Of a stretch of DNA of 64,000 nucleotides, positions 1 to 13,184 are shown one piece after another. Made by a program: the position numbers and the translations under genes. Each line of letters starts with the position of its first letter. Position 1 is the first letter of the stretch. Origin of the DNA: Selaginella moellendorffii (taxonomy: Eukaryota > Plantae > Lycopodiophyta); assembly GCF_000143415.4 (NCBI RefSeq), contig NW_003314304.1, positions 814,667-878,666 of the forward strand. Reading direction: 5' to 3'. The notes beneath the pieces are model-generated. The model saw only the letters and a program-made list of their open reading frames with translations, was not told the DNA's origin and ran no database searches.

Positions 1-388
1 TGTTTCATCCTGGAAAAAGTTTGTCACGACTCTACTCGCTCTAAAAAAAAGTGGAGGAAAGATCTTTCGATCGATCGAGCTTTAGCTTTTCACTCACATT
101 GGAGAGCCGGAATGGGCAAAACTTTGGCTTTCCTCGTCTCCCATACTTGAGGAGCTGGGCTCCCTTCTTCAGCGCAGTGATAGCCTTTTACACACGAGAG
201 AAGAGAAAAATTTAATCATGCAAAATAGGCAAGCCAAAGAAAAGAGAGGAAGGAAGAAGGAGAAGAAGAAAAGAAAAAAAACACGACGATGGATGGAACT
301 TGGAAGAAGCGAGGAGAAAAAAAAGGTTTTGAGGAAGAACCTGTTCAATGTCGCGCTCCACGGCCCCATTTCTCGCAAGATCTGCCAT
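1..388 (-). CDS. PRAF/RLD family (PH-RCC1-FYVE) protein, 5' end; continues off the window
   Basis: Exons 388-341, 184-98 and 9-1 with GT-AG introns give MADLARNGAVERDIEQ|AITALKKGAQLLKYGRRGKPKFCPFRLSN|DET, the typical PRAF/RLD N-terminal PH segment. Confidence 0.9.
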
Positions 389-1448
389 CGCCGGAACCAA
401 ATTCCTCTAGCTCCGGCGAAGAACAAGACGCCGATGATGATGATAGCGACGGCGCTGTCGATGGCAACGATGCATCTTCACACCCATGACAAGCAGCAAT
501 CTAGCTCCGTCCTGCCGCGACCCTGCCTAGATCTAAGCTCGCCGCCGCCACTGGCGAGATCCCATGCCACGCCCAAAATCGCCACTCCTCCTTCGGCTCC
601 TCTTCCTCATCCCTCCTCCAAATGGGAAAATAAACACCTAAAATGTGAGCGCGGGCATTTGGGTAGCGATTCTTTCCACCATAGCTGGCCTTGCGGTCGA
701 TCGATCGAGAGATTCTACCATTCTACTCCACTGTTCATCATCATCCCTGTGATACACAGTGACCGAGTCTGCCAAAACAGACAACGCAAATGGAGGGAGG
801 GCAAAAAGAAGGAAGAGAGGAAAAAAGGTTTTTTTTTTCTTTGGCTTCCTCTTTTTTGGGTCGCTGGGAATTTCTCTGTTCTCGAATGGGTTGTGCTTGG
901 ATTCTCCAGTGGCGTGCTCAATCGATCGATCTACGAATCAATCCCTAGCTTCTCCTGGAAGGACTGGGTCTCATCGGATCAGAAGAGATGCACAGTCATC
1001 AATTTCTTGGATGGATCGAGAGAGGAGCGATCGGAGCTCCTTTTATTTCGGTGGGGGGACCTCCAATTTCTCGCCCTCGTCGCGATCGAGCGCGCAAGAA
1101 ATTTCCCCTTCTCTCGAAGAGGGAGCGTTTAGAAAAATTAAATACAAGTACACTGTTCCGTACAAGCCCACAATCGCGATCCTCTTGCACGAGACAAAAA
1201 GTCAAGCGCTCGATTCCGACCACCGCCAGGAATATCCACCGCGCACCATTTCAAATGCGAGAATATACCCCCTCCTTCCAGGCTCTGTTTTTATTCTTTG
1301 TAAAAACGCTTTATTGCTTCTTTCTTTCTTCCTCTTCGCGACGACAAAGCCATAGCCTGCTCTCTTCGAATGAAATCATCTAAGCATCGAAGTTACGTAT
1401 CCTTATGTATGTAGCTAAGAATGAGAGTGAAAGCTCTTGGAGATCTTA

Positions 1449-3275
1449 CTAGGCGGTGGGGAGGGACTTGGACAATAGTTGCTGCATCGCTCGGGCATAA
1501 GTCTTGTGCTGGTAAGTCAGCGTCGATTCCAAGAGATCGAACAGAGATGTCTTGGGTTCCCACTCTGGATCAAACACCAAAAAGAGAGAGAGAGATGTTT
1601 AGACACGATTGGTTGATAGAACAAAAGCTAGAACACGATCGTAGCTCTTACCCAGTTGCTTCTTGATGATCGTCATGTCTGGAATGCGCTTGTCGCTGTC
1701 ATCATATCCCTCCCCGTAAAACTCCTTCGAGCTCACGTCGATTGTGGGCTCGTCCAGCTGCGGCCTGCCGCTAACTTTTGTGTACACCTGTGTGGCACCA
1801 ATGAGAAGTATGAAGATAAGCCTGGGAAACTGAAAGAAAGTTATAAAAACAACACTTGCCTCGGTCATCATCAGAGCAAGTTCTCTAACTGTGACTTCAT
1901 TGTCTGGGTTGCCGACGTTGAACACGTAACCATTTGCTCGTTGTGGATTTTCCTGTCATGGTTCCAAGTGATTAGACTACATCTGGATTTATTCCAACAT
2001 CATAGAGGCTTACCACCATACGCATCACCGCGTCAATGGCATCCTTGATGTAGACGAACGTCCGTTGTGATTGTCCACCATCGACGAGCTTTAGAGGCTC
2101 GCTCTTGAGCAAGTTCTGCACGGAAGTAATAAAGTAGCTCGTCACATAACATCAATAGCTAGACTCCACAGAAATGTGGTGGCTTGCATACCGTACTGAA
2201 GCAAGCCAAAACTCTTGGTACGCCTTCGCTTGGCCCATCGATCCCGGGAATAAAATCCATCCGTGGCCCAATCCAGTTGAAGGGACGTACGATTGTGAAT
2301 TCAAGGCCGTTCTCTGCTCCCTCGGCTGGAAAGATTATATAACACCACAACCACATGACTTAGTTTCTTTCAAACAGAAACTTTGCTTACCATAGATGAC
2401 ACGCTCGATCAGCTGCTTTGCACAAGCATACGACCATCGCTGCTTCTCAATCGGGCCAAAAATGCAAGGAGACTCGTCCTCCTTAAGCACGTAGTAACTC
2501 GGGTCCTGTCGCCACGAACAGAATAAAAAAACACGATAGAAGAAAAGGTAAAGTCAGACGAAGAGAAACTGGATAGAGATCACCAGGAAAAACAAAATAC
2601 ATGCCTTCCTCAAGGAACTGTCCTCGGGCAAAAAGCTTCCAATCGTTTTTCCATACACTTCGCACGTAGAAAAATGGATCAAGCGCTTGTTGTTGTCCGA
2701 GCAATATCTAACCTGTTCGTTCTCAGTCACTTAAGTTCCAAAAAGCAAAAAATAAGCTCTAAAAACAACTATCAAGCTCTAAAAAAGAACTAAAAACACT
2801 CTCGAAACGCTAAGAAAAACTACCGACTTACCACTGGCAATGCGTCAATAAAATTACTGTAGATCGTGTCGAGCGGCCGCGTGTTATAGTCTGCCGGTGT
2901 GCAAATTGCCGCTAGATTGATAGTCTGGCCACACACACAAGGATCTCCCGTGAGGAAAAACTCGAAATCTCTAGCTACATTCCAATGGAAATCCCATCTA
3001 TGGCGACTTACCAGGTCGGCGAGCTTGATAAGCCCCTCGAGCCGCGAATCGTGCTTGATATTGATCCTGTGGAACTCAATCCGGCTGCTCCAAGATTGCC
3101 CTGGCTCCAGCAAATGCTGGATTTTGTCGCTGTAGACATCAATCGCCAGCACCGAATGCTGCGTCTCCCACATGAGCTTCTCGCACAGATGCGAGCCGAT
3201 GAATCCCCCAGCTCCTATCATACAAATCTTGAGCGGCTCTATCACCTGTCCATCCAGATCTAGCCTCGCCGCCAT
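1449..3275 (-). CDS. AXS: UDP-D-apiose/UDP-D-xylose synthase (multi-exon)
   Basis: MAARLDLDG..ICMIGAGGFIGSHLCEKL, INLAAICTPADYNTRPLDTIYSNF, IVRPFNWIGPRMDFIPGIDGPSEGVPRVLACFS, EFYGEGYDDSDKRIPDM; last exon WEPKTSLFDLLESTLTYQH with TAG at 1449-1451. Confidence 0.95.
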
Positions 3276-3533
3276 GGATGCCAGCCTGTTGCCACAGATC
3301 CGGGCAATGCCGCGCCCCCGCGCGCCCGCGCCCTCGCGTTCTTCCCACACTGAAAAAATGAAGCACCGAAAATTTCTTTTTCACCCTTCACGGGTGTTCT
3401 TTAAGGGACCTCTTAACGGACGGAAAATGCGGCAGGATATTCCGCCCGCACGAGGTACATTCTGTCGGACAATAATATTCACGGAATATCCCATGACGCG
3501 CTTTATACGTAGCCCATCCTCCAGGCAACACAC

Positions 3534-6076
3534 TCAGCCCCTCTCGAGCTTCTGGAAAATCAAACATTAGCTCCAAAGAAACTATGATAGCGACCAAAAC
3601 CTCTCGTAGAAAACCTCTAGAAAAGCAAAGAAAACATACTTCTCGGCCGCTTGGACGTCGCTTGTCAGCGAGAAAGCTCTGCGACGAAGTCAATCGAATC
3701 AGTGCCACCGATGTCCGGCTCTGGAAGCAAAGCGTTAGATCAAAAACTCGACTGGAAGTTCTACCGGAAGAATTCATGAAAACCAAAGATTTGTTTAGAG
3801 CAGCAGTTTAGACATACCAGTTCGATCAAGAACAACGTCCACCAGAAGCCGGGGAGCCCAAATCCAGCTCGGTAGAATGCCTGCACGATTGATGGAGACG
3901 TGAGAGTCGTGTGCTCCAAACGGAGTGATTTGGAAAGCTCACCAGGGTGACCATTATTCCGCCAGAGTAGCAGCAGACCATTGCGAAGCCTAGGAATTTG
4001 AGATCTCGTCCTGCCTGCCAGGACAACGAAAAGAATTGTTTAGAGATGGTCAGCATCCCGTAGACAAAAACGAAAAAGCTACTACATACCAGTAAAGTGC
4101 CTTCCAGTGCAAGCATGGGTGGAGTCACGACCAGCGTGCACAGCACCGGCAGACTTATTCTACGCATCTGAAAAGATTTCCCAAGGTGTAAGAACTCTCA
4201 TCAGTATCAACAGTGACACTCACTTTCTCAATTATCACCACGTCCTTTGTGAAGACTTGCGGAACAAGCCACGGGATTGAGATCGCGGAAAACCCAGCAA
4301 CAAGCCCCACTGTTGCACCAATAATGAGAAGGATTTGGAGAAGAACACGGGCCTGAGCATGAGATTAAACCGTGACGTTTTCTGTTCGAGAAACTAGGAA
4401 ACGCGAGTACCTGATTCAAGTCGCGAGAGGATCCATCAAGTAACGCAGGCATGAATGTCTGCGCTGTCTGAGCTAAAGGTTCTCCCCATACGTAGCACAA
4501 GTTCTGGATTCCTATCATCACCTGCAAGTTTCATGGTTTTACTTCCGTCTTAGTACTGTTTGGCCGGGCCTGGAATTATAAAAACAATTACCTGGTGCGC
4601 AGCAAGATTTAGGGGCCCCAACGTCGATGCAAGATATGTACACAGAGTATAAAACACGACCTGCAGAATGTTTCTTCAGCAACCAAGTCAAGACAGGAAC
4701 GAGGAGGCAACCTCAAAAACGGTCGTTGTCAAAACAGGAACGACTATTTTCAGGAGCTGCTTCAAATCTTTTCTTGACGGGAGGCAGACAAGAAATATGT
4801 TGTATCCTTTATGAACTAAAGACTTGAGCATCAAAACCACTGCAACATACTGCCGAGGAAACATTTCATATGAGCGTGAAGAACTTGTAGGCAGCATGAG
4901 TTACCTGAGCAAAAGATGTTGCCCAAGCCGCGCCGGCGATTCCAAATCCTAGAGACGAGCACAGAAGAATGTCTCCGACGGCATTAATAGCACCGGCAAT
5001 GGCTAGCACCTTCAAAGGGCTCCAAGAATCCTTCATTCCAAGGCTGGAGAAACTCCGGTGCAAGTTATATGCTATTCACAGAATCCAACTTACATAGCAC
5101 TTTGAGCAACCATTCCAACAAGCATTGCTGGCCATGACAAAGCTCTAATCTGAAAAAATAAGAGGGCAAACTGAGAAACCTACGTAAAAGATCGTAGAAC
5201 TACCTTTACCTTTACGTATGTCGCAGCAGGAGATACCAGGAAAGAATTCTGTGACTTTAGGAAACCTGATTGATTTCAAAGCGAATGATTGAAGCTAAAG
5301 AATCGTCTTACCTTGGAGAAGTGGAGTCGCGTAGAACTCCATCAAAACGAGCATGCCGATGCCGAGGCTCAACGATATCAAAAGCAGCCGAGACAAATGC
5401 TGCGCTGCTTCTTCCAGATCCTGATATAAAAACGAGCGAGTGACTTCAAAGTCTGGAAAGATGAAAAAATCTCTACACTCACATTGCGAGCCAGCGAAGT
5501 TGCAATAAGATTGGAGGTGGCCACCGATAAAAACATGAACAAATACGAGACATGGTCGCAAAGAACTGTTGCTGGCCCTGTCTAGAAAATTCTACGTAAG
5601 GCAAAGAAGCAAGGAAGTGAAAAAGAAAAAGCTCAAAGCTTACCAAGCGCTGCTAGCTCGAGGGTGCTACAATTTCCAATCACCGCAGTGTCAATGAGGC
5701 TCATCAAAGGACTGAAAAGCCAGATCCCAAGCGCGGGTCCAGCAAAGGTCATGATCTTCCAAAACTGCCGTAGCAATTTTTTCCCCCAGACAAGACGAAG
5801 AACAACGCCGGAAGAACCATCCGCCGCTGCGCTGGACTCGTAGAACTCCTCCTTGGAAATATACTCAAACTTCCCATCGCTGTTTCGAAATCTATAGCCA
5901 CCGCGCTGGCTCGCCTGGCTCCTCCAATCCCTTCTGGGCCTACATTCGCGAATCGAAGCCTCGAGCGACGGAGCTGGAGCAGCAAAACTCCTGATTCTCA
6001 CCAGTCCCCAAGTGGAATCTGTGCCTGTCCACGATGGAAAACCCCCAACAGCGGCGCCGACATAGCCTATTGGCAT
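3534..6076 (-). CDS. MATE efflux transporter, DTX46/EDS5-like (multi-exon)
   Basis: [78 protein letters not shown]|AGRDLKFL. The 3' end is approximate. Confidence 0.88.
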
Positions 6077-6439
6077 TGGGATGACGTTTAGGGTTAGGCG
6101 AGTCGTGCGCTAGTGCTAAATTTTGCAAACCATCCACAAATTCCACCATCCATCAATTCATCGATTTCGTTCTGGTCCTTTCCACTTGCGAGCAATGGCG
6201 ATGACGAGCGATGACACCATGCATTTGAGCCTCACGTTCTTCAGCTCCAAAGATTGCCCTTGCCCGTTCCTTCCATTCACAGTCAATCCCACCATGCCAT
6301 TCTCGTTGGCGATCTTCTTCAGTTCACTGCTTGTTTGGAAATCAACCTTTTAGCTGAAAGTGTATCCAAGCATTCGAATATCCAGGAGTTAGTACAAGCC
6401 ATAAGTTTAGGCTAATTTTTTTTGCTTGAGAGAGTAAGA

Positions 6440-8461
6440 AAAAAATAAAAAACAGTTACTGGTTTTGATTGTTTTTTTTTTACTGAATGAGCATTTTAAT
6501 CACTGATGGATTAATTGAAGTAAAATTTCACAGCTGAAATACTGATCTTACTTATCACTAAAACTTAACAAACACAATTTTATCAAGTTTTTCATTAGCT
6601 CTAAACTTAAAAAGTATTATTTAAAAAAATTTAAATAAATAACTTTTTTGAAATATTATATTTTTGTAATTACATAAATAGAAAAATGATATATAAAAAT
6701 ATTTCTATTATTCATAGACTATAAAAAAAATGGACATTTGATATTAAGTAGATCAAGTGCATACATAAATATAAACTAAATGATGGATTAAACATAGTGA
6801 TTATTAAATAAATATATTTTTTTTTATGAGAATAAAATTCTTAATTTTTCTAACAAGATAATATTTTATAGTATATTTTTCTTACCGTGAATTTGAAATG
6901 AATTTTTTTTCATTTAAATATATTCCATAAAAAAAATTATCTAAAATAAAACTACCAACTAAAACTAAAATTTATATTTAGGTAGTTAATTTTGTTACTT
7001 ATGAATATTCATTATATAAACCAAGATGCTTTGCCAGGGATAGATTCCCTGCTCGGTCAGGCATAGCACTGGATTACAGTTGCCAAACACACGGCGTCCC
7101 ACTTTGGCATTCGATCTCTCGCAAAGTTGCATTTCGAAAAGGACCGGACGGCTTGATGACCATGAAAAATACTAAAAAAAGGAAGTTTCGAGAGATTAAA
7201 TGATTACACTCGATGCGTTAAAAGGAAATGGCAATTTGATAAAAAAGAGCATATTCCTTTTTTTTTAGCCCTTGGGCGGGAAAGCAGCGGAGCGCGATGG
7301 CGGAGAAAGAGAAGGCAATGAATAACAAGGTGGGTAAGAGGAGAACGCCAAAGCAGAATCCATGCCGCCTCACGTTCGTCAAAGAGAAGCGGCTCGATCA
7401 CAACCTCAAGCGCTGGACTAAATAAGAAGAAAATAAAAAATAGCTATTGGTTTTGCTTGCTTTTTTGGTTGTTGAATGAGCATTTTGATCATTGATGGAT
7501 TGATTGGAGTGAAATTTCACGGCTGAAATACTACTGAATTCAATTTGATACAAATGCATAATCCTACAAATAAGTTTCTTTATATAATTTTCACCCTTAC
7601 TTATCACTAAAACTTAACAAACATAATTTTATTAAGTTTTTCATTAGCTCTAAACTTAAAAAGTATCATTATTTAAAAAAATTTAAATAAGTAACTTTTT
7701 TGAAATATTATATTTTTGTAATTACATAAATAGAAAAATGATATATAAAAATATTTCTATTATTCATAGACTATAAAAAAAATGGACATTTGATATTAAG
7801 TAGATCAAGTGCATACATAAATATAAACTAAATGATGGATTAACCATAGTGATTATTAAATAAATATATTTTATTTTTTATGAGAATAAAATTCTTAATT
7901 TTTCTAACAAGATAATATTTTATAGTATATTTTTCTTACCGTGACTTTGAAATGAATTTTTTTTCATTTAAATATATTCCATAAAAATAAATTATCTAAA
8001 CTAAAACTACCAACTAAAACTAAAATTTATATTTAGGTAATTAATTTTGTTACTTATGAATATTGACTATATAAACCAAGATGCTTTACCAAGGATAGAT
8101 TCCATGCTCAGTCGGGCATAGCACTGGATTATAGTTGCTAAGCACACGGCATCCCACTTCGGCATTCGATCTCTCGCAAAATTGCCTCTCGAAAAAGACC
8201 GAACAGCTTGGTGATCATGAAAAAATACTAAAAAAAGGAAGTTTCGAGAGATTAAATGATTACACTAAAAGGAAATAGCAATTTGAAAAAAAAGAGCATA
8301 TTCCTTTTTTTTTAGCCCTTGGGCAGGAAAGCAGCAGAGCGCGATGGCGGAGAAAGAGAAGGCGATGAACAACAAGGCGGGCAAAAGGAGAACGCCAAAG
8401 CAGGATCCACGCCGCCTCACGTTCGTCAAAAAGAAGCGGCTCGATCACAACCTCAAGCGCT
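6440..8461. repeat. Direct tandem duplication of a ~1 kb unit (~6440-7415 / ~7430-8461): very AT-rich block plus a PPR-like remnant
   Basis: Near-identical AT-rich runs (6560-7020 vs 7600-8070), and both units end in 'cggctcgatcacaacctcaagcgct'. Part of the unit (7025-7280) recurs inverted at ~30085-30365. Confidence 0.9.
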
Positions 8462-8879
8462 AGACTGAGGTGCAAGAATCTCTTTCTTTGCTTTGAATAA
8501 TTCTTTCCTTGGACAAAACAAATCTTCTCCTCCTCCTCCTCCTCCTCCTCCTCAGGAGCACGACGATCCAGTGCCAGAGCCAGAGGCGGAGATGGAGATG
8601 GAGCCAGAGCCAGAGGCGGAGAATCCCATTGCCACAATGTATGTGTGGCCATGTATCATCCTATAAATGTCTGGATCCTCGTCTGGATCTCAATCGTTCT
8701 AAATTAATCAATCTTTCTGTTCTTGGTTCTAGGGTCTGTCTCGATCTGGATCGTTTCACGATGCAACTATTTTTCTAGAGTTTTGGCCATGGCGGAGCTT
8801 GCAATTGAAAGAATTTAAGCGGTGCAAATCTCTATGGCTCCTTCGAAATTGAGATCTCAACATAGAGCATGAATATGGA

Positions 8880-9706
8880 TCTACTGGTAGCAAGCTGCAA
8901 AACAGGATCCTCCACCAGTGTATCCCGGAAGAAAAGAATGCCAACTTGTCATTTGAGCGTCGATCGGACCTTTTTTCACGCGCTCAATCCTCTGATCCGT
9001 CTCGTCCATAGTTTTCTTCCCAGCATCCATGAGTTGCTGGTTTGACATTGCTACAAAAACGAAGACCAAAGAGCTTAGAGAATCAAGCGAGACAAGTCGC
9101 GACTTACTGGACACCATCTTTAAGTTTGGATCCGTGAGGTCAGTGCGAGCACATTCGCCACCTTCCCTCAACTGCGACCTTTTGTTCCCCAGCGAGCTCG
9201 TGTACCTGGGCGAAACCAAGGAAAAAGAGAAGAACTTGTGAGACACCGGCATGGCGAAGGAATGCATACACAAGAACTCACGTTTTGCGCAGGGCCACAT
9301 ACGAGTTGAGCTCCTTGATCTGCAAGAGACACCATCGTAGCGCTCGCAAAATCTCCTGGCCTGGAACTTACCAGTGACTGCTCCTTTTCATTCAGCTGCT
9401 TCGTCAAATCCGGTGGATTCATCGACTCCTCCTCCTTGATCTCCCTAAACTCCTTCATGAGCCTACATTGACCCTTTAGCGTCTCTAGCTAGCACAGCCA
9501 GGAGGCAGCGAGACCGACCTCTTGCACTCGCGCAGCCCCTCCAGATCCTTGCTCTGCCGGCCAGGCTCCTTGATCTTGTCCATCTTGGATCAGTGAGAAT
9601 TTCTAGAGAATTTCTATAGCGAAGCGAGCATGGCGACTGACGAGAGAGCCCGGAAGAGATCCTTGTGGCCATCTAGATCTGCGATCGTCGGGCTGAGCTC
9701 GGCCAT
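8880..9706 (-). pseudogene. NPSN (novel plant SNARE) degenerate copy 1
   Basis: MAELSPTIADLDG..LFRALS, KMDKIKEPGRQSK, LMKEFREIKEEE..QLNEKEQSL, IKELNSYVALRKT, MSNQQLMDAGKKTMDETDQRIERVKK; has small deletions and is truncated before the TM segment. Confidence 0.85.
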
Positions 9707-10499
9707 CGTCTCGCGCCTACAGCCCTCCCGCCCAAACCCCCGCTAAAACCCTAAATTCCAACAAATATTCCTTCTTGGCCGCCATTCGCGCTTCGATAGC
9801 CCTAAATTCTAGGAATATGCTCAGGGTTCTCTAATATGCAGCACTTTGGAAAGGGCCTGGTTCCCTCCAACACCTTGACGAAAGTGTGGACGTCGCCCCA
9901 CAAGCCCAGCCCACATTGCATGACCAGAATCCACAGGCAAACGCTCAAATCCACCGCCCAGCCCAGCCTCGACAGGGATTTGGAGCCTCCCTGCCACAAG
10001 AGACGAAGAGCGGCTTGATCCCATGAATTTGTTGCGGACATGGGAGAATGAAAAGTGATGAGAGACTATCTTCTTCACTTACCGTGTTCCATCCAAACGC
10101 ATCTAGGACGAAAGACTCACGTGGTCCCCGTATCTTGGTGTCCATACCTCCTCTGAAGGTATAAACACTTGGGAGAGGGTCTCGTGACTCGGTGGGAGCA
10201 GGGCCTCTCGAGTCTTCTCTTTAGAAGTTTCTACATGACTTAAATGGAGCTCGAGGGGATGGAGCTTTGATAGGACTTTCACTGACCTTTCAGCGAGAAT
10301 CAAGGGATAAACTCTTTAAGGTTTCTCGTTTGACCATGACTTTGGCATTTTTTTATAAGGGCCTTCGTCTGAGCGGGAAGATCTTCCTCTGGCAGCTTCG
10401 TCCAGGTCGAGCAAGTTCTACCTTGCTCATCGCCGGCAAAAGGTTGCGTTCCTCCGTGTAATCTTTCCCTCTCTCACGCTCAATCACAGAAGGATTTCG

Positions 10500-11070
10500 G
10501 CGACATTGCTGACCGAGAAGCCAAATCCGCCAGCGCCAGCGTCGCAGGAGCCGATTGGCAAGTAGCTCGAGCTCATCGAGCTCAAGCAAGCCCGAGCGGA
10601 GCAAGGGTTTAAACGGTACATACTCCTCCCACGGTCCTTTTTCTTCTACTTGTTTCCTGTGATCGATCGATCGTTCCTTTTCTTCAGGATTTTGTGATAC
10701 CAATTTTGGATCGACTGCTGATCGTGACTACGACCTTCTTGATTCCTTTGGTATATATTTCTTTCGTGGTTCTCTTTGTTCTTCACATGTACGAGAGTTT
10801 CGGGTGGTGGAGACGAGCAGACTATCTCAAAGTACATTTCTCTGAGAGCTGGAATGAGCTCCATCACTTGCGATGAGCAATGGTTTGATCACTTCCTCGT
10901 TCAACACATCGCCGTGGCTTACTACTTCCTCACTTCGCTTATGTACGCCATCAGCCCACGCATGGCATGTAAGAATTTCTAGCTACTTGCACCATGGCAG
11001 ATCACTTGTGGAGAAACACGACTTCTCAACTTACGACAAGTTCATCATCGAGAAATGTATTGCAAGTTCA
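10500..11070 (+). pseudogene. Plastid terminal oxidase (PTOX/IMMUTANS) fragment
   Basis: VLHMYESFGWWRRADYLKVHFSESWNELHHL, WFDHFLVQHIAVAYYFLTSLMYAISPRMA, VEKHDFSTYDKFI; frameshifts, deletions and intron remnants. Confidence 0.9.
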
Positions 11071-11405
11071 CTGGTTCACCCAAAATGGTTATATAGCAAT
11101 TCCCACCTGTAGCTAAGATACCAGTGACAAGAACTTTGAGGAATTTTCAATTTTCAGCTCGAAGCTTGCAGAGTGCAAGGCTTCAAAGCTCGTCAGCCTT
11201 GGGACAACACTACGTCAATAGAAGTTTACGAAGCCTCCAATTTCAAGAGTTTGGATCCAAGGTAGACTATTTAAGAAACTCACCGACTCTTCAAGTTTAT
11301 TCCAGAATTAAATTATAAAAAACGTCATTTAAATTTTTAACTTGATGTTTTTGACCCTTGATCGACTCCCAGAATTCTTGAGCTATCGAATCCTTCCACG
11401 TGGGA

Positions 11406-11830
11406 ATTGTGGTGGCGACTCAAGCGTCGTCACCATCTCCCCATTGGTGGACTTGGATCGTCCAGGCTCGTACGTGGTCGTCGCAGAGATGCCAGGCACG
11501 CAGTCGGCCACCGTGGACATCGCTTGGGTGGAGGACAAGTCGGGCTTTGTGTTCAAGATCACTGGCGTTGCCGAGACGAAGATGATGGCGGAGAAGCGGT
11601 GAGAGTAGAGCGGGGAGAAGCGAGCACCAAAGTGTTTGCTCGCAGGCTTTACTTCCCCACGGTGTTGTGCAGGATGTGGCAACATATCACCTTAGTGATG
11701 GGCTTCTCAAGGTGACGCTACCCAAACATGTTCCAAGCCTTGGGCAAAGTATAGCGGGCCTATGGAATAAAGCGTTAAAGCATGTCATATGCCAAGGTGT
11801 TCAGTTTGGGAGGATGAGGGCGAAGTACTG
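11406..11830 (+). pseudogene. 3' half (second ACD) of the double alpha-crystallin sHSP gene, frameshifted
   Basis: Matches 34735-35160 with indels. The promoter sequence 'atcgaatccttccacgtggga' is joined directly to 'attgtggtggcgac', so the first ACD is deleted. Confidence 0.88.
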
Positions 11831-12519
11831 AGTGTATGTTGTAAAACCTTCATCATAATCAATATCACATTTAAAATGCTGCTTTTTAATTCTATAAAAG
11901 GTTATGAGAGAAACTACAATATTTATTGCGTCATGAAGTTTATTATTGCAGACCTAAGAAACATTAAAAGCTTGCTCTTTGAATATGCTTCCAGGATTTC
12001 CTCTCGATGATGAGAGAATTTTTGAGGCCATGGCCAAGAACCATGTGTTTGCAGGGCATTAAAGCTCGGCCATCTCGCTCTTCTAGTTAATGCAGCTTGA
12101 GGGAACTATCAGATCCAACCTCAAGCCAAAGGATGTTTTGAAAATTACATTTTAGACAAGGACAGGTCATTATGAGTTTTTGGTGATGTTGTTTAGTTTT
12201 GACAAATGCTTTTATAACTTTTTAAAGATTGATGAATTAAGTTTTATACCCTTATTTAGGAAAATTTACAATTAATTATTTTGATGATATTTTAGTATTT
12301 AAGGAGGAACATGGTATGAAGTGTTTTACAACTTTTGAGAGATAACAAACTCTACTCAAAGTTATCAAAGTGTGAGTTTTTTTAAAGAAGATTGGATATT
12401 TCAGGCATTTGATTTTAGTACATGAAATGAAAACTTACAAAAATTCACATCGTGGTTAATTGGTTTATACCTTCAACAGTGAGGGCTGTTGATATAGAGG
12501 GCCCTTTCCCATCCTGGCT

Positions 12520-13180
12520 TGCTGCCATGCGTGTTCCAGAACACAGGTGCTACTGAAACTAAAACAGCGTCTTACTTCTTATTACATCAACTGGTTGCTA
12601 AAAGTTCAACTCCATCAACCACAGCTGGCAAGGTGACTTTGGATACCCTCAACCTCACCGAGCTCTGGATTGATACTGATAAGCTCAGCATCCAGTCGCA
12701 TTCCCTGAAGAAGCTCGAGGTTATGAACAACAAAGATCTTCAATTGATCGTCCTCCGTCGGCAAATCTAGAGTACTTGAAGCTCTGAGTCTTGAAAAAAT
12801 GAAGCTGTGCTTCTAGCCAACATAGCAGGTGGCTGTGTACGTTGGACCTTTCAAACTTCCAAGGGAGAGTCTAACAAGTACAGCCAAACTCAGGTGCTTG
12901 AGATTTTGATTCAGAGGCTTTCATTCACTGGATGCTCCAAAGAAGCTCGAACTCTTTTAACCTGTCTGGGAGTTGTTGAAGAGATGCTGGTGGAAGTAGA
13001 TCACGCTGAGGAATAACGGTACTCGTTTCATTGATCATCTCGATGCAACGATGTTTCAGCTCCGGAGTTTGCCAGAAGTCTCCTCACTCCATAAGCTGGT
13101 GATCACCTGCTGTTTCGAGCTGCTTCCAACGATCAACTCCAAGGAAGGTGATTTAGTCGTAGTATCCTGAAATGTAGTCG
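12520..13180 (+). pseudogene. Possible F-box/LRR(FBD)-like remnant
   Basis: Leu-rich fragments LNLTELWIDTDKLSIQSHSLKKLEV and SLHKLVITCC, with stops and frameshifts. Confidence 0.3.
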
Positions 13181-13184
13181 TAGT

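Noticed and set aside
218-1355. 304 aa and 198 aa plus-strand ORFs
   Set aside because: Low-complexity reading of the introns, UTR and promoter of the minus-strand PRAF/RLD gene; no domain.
10080-10200. FKBP-like motif (WTPRYGDHVSL..RLDGT, minus strand)
   Set aside because: Too short and interrupted by a stop; cannot be supported without a search.
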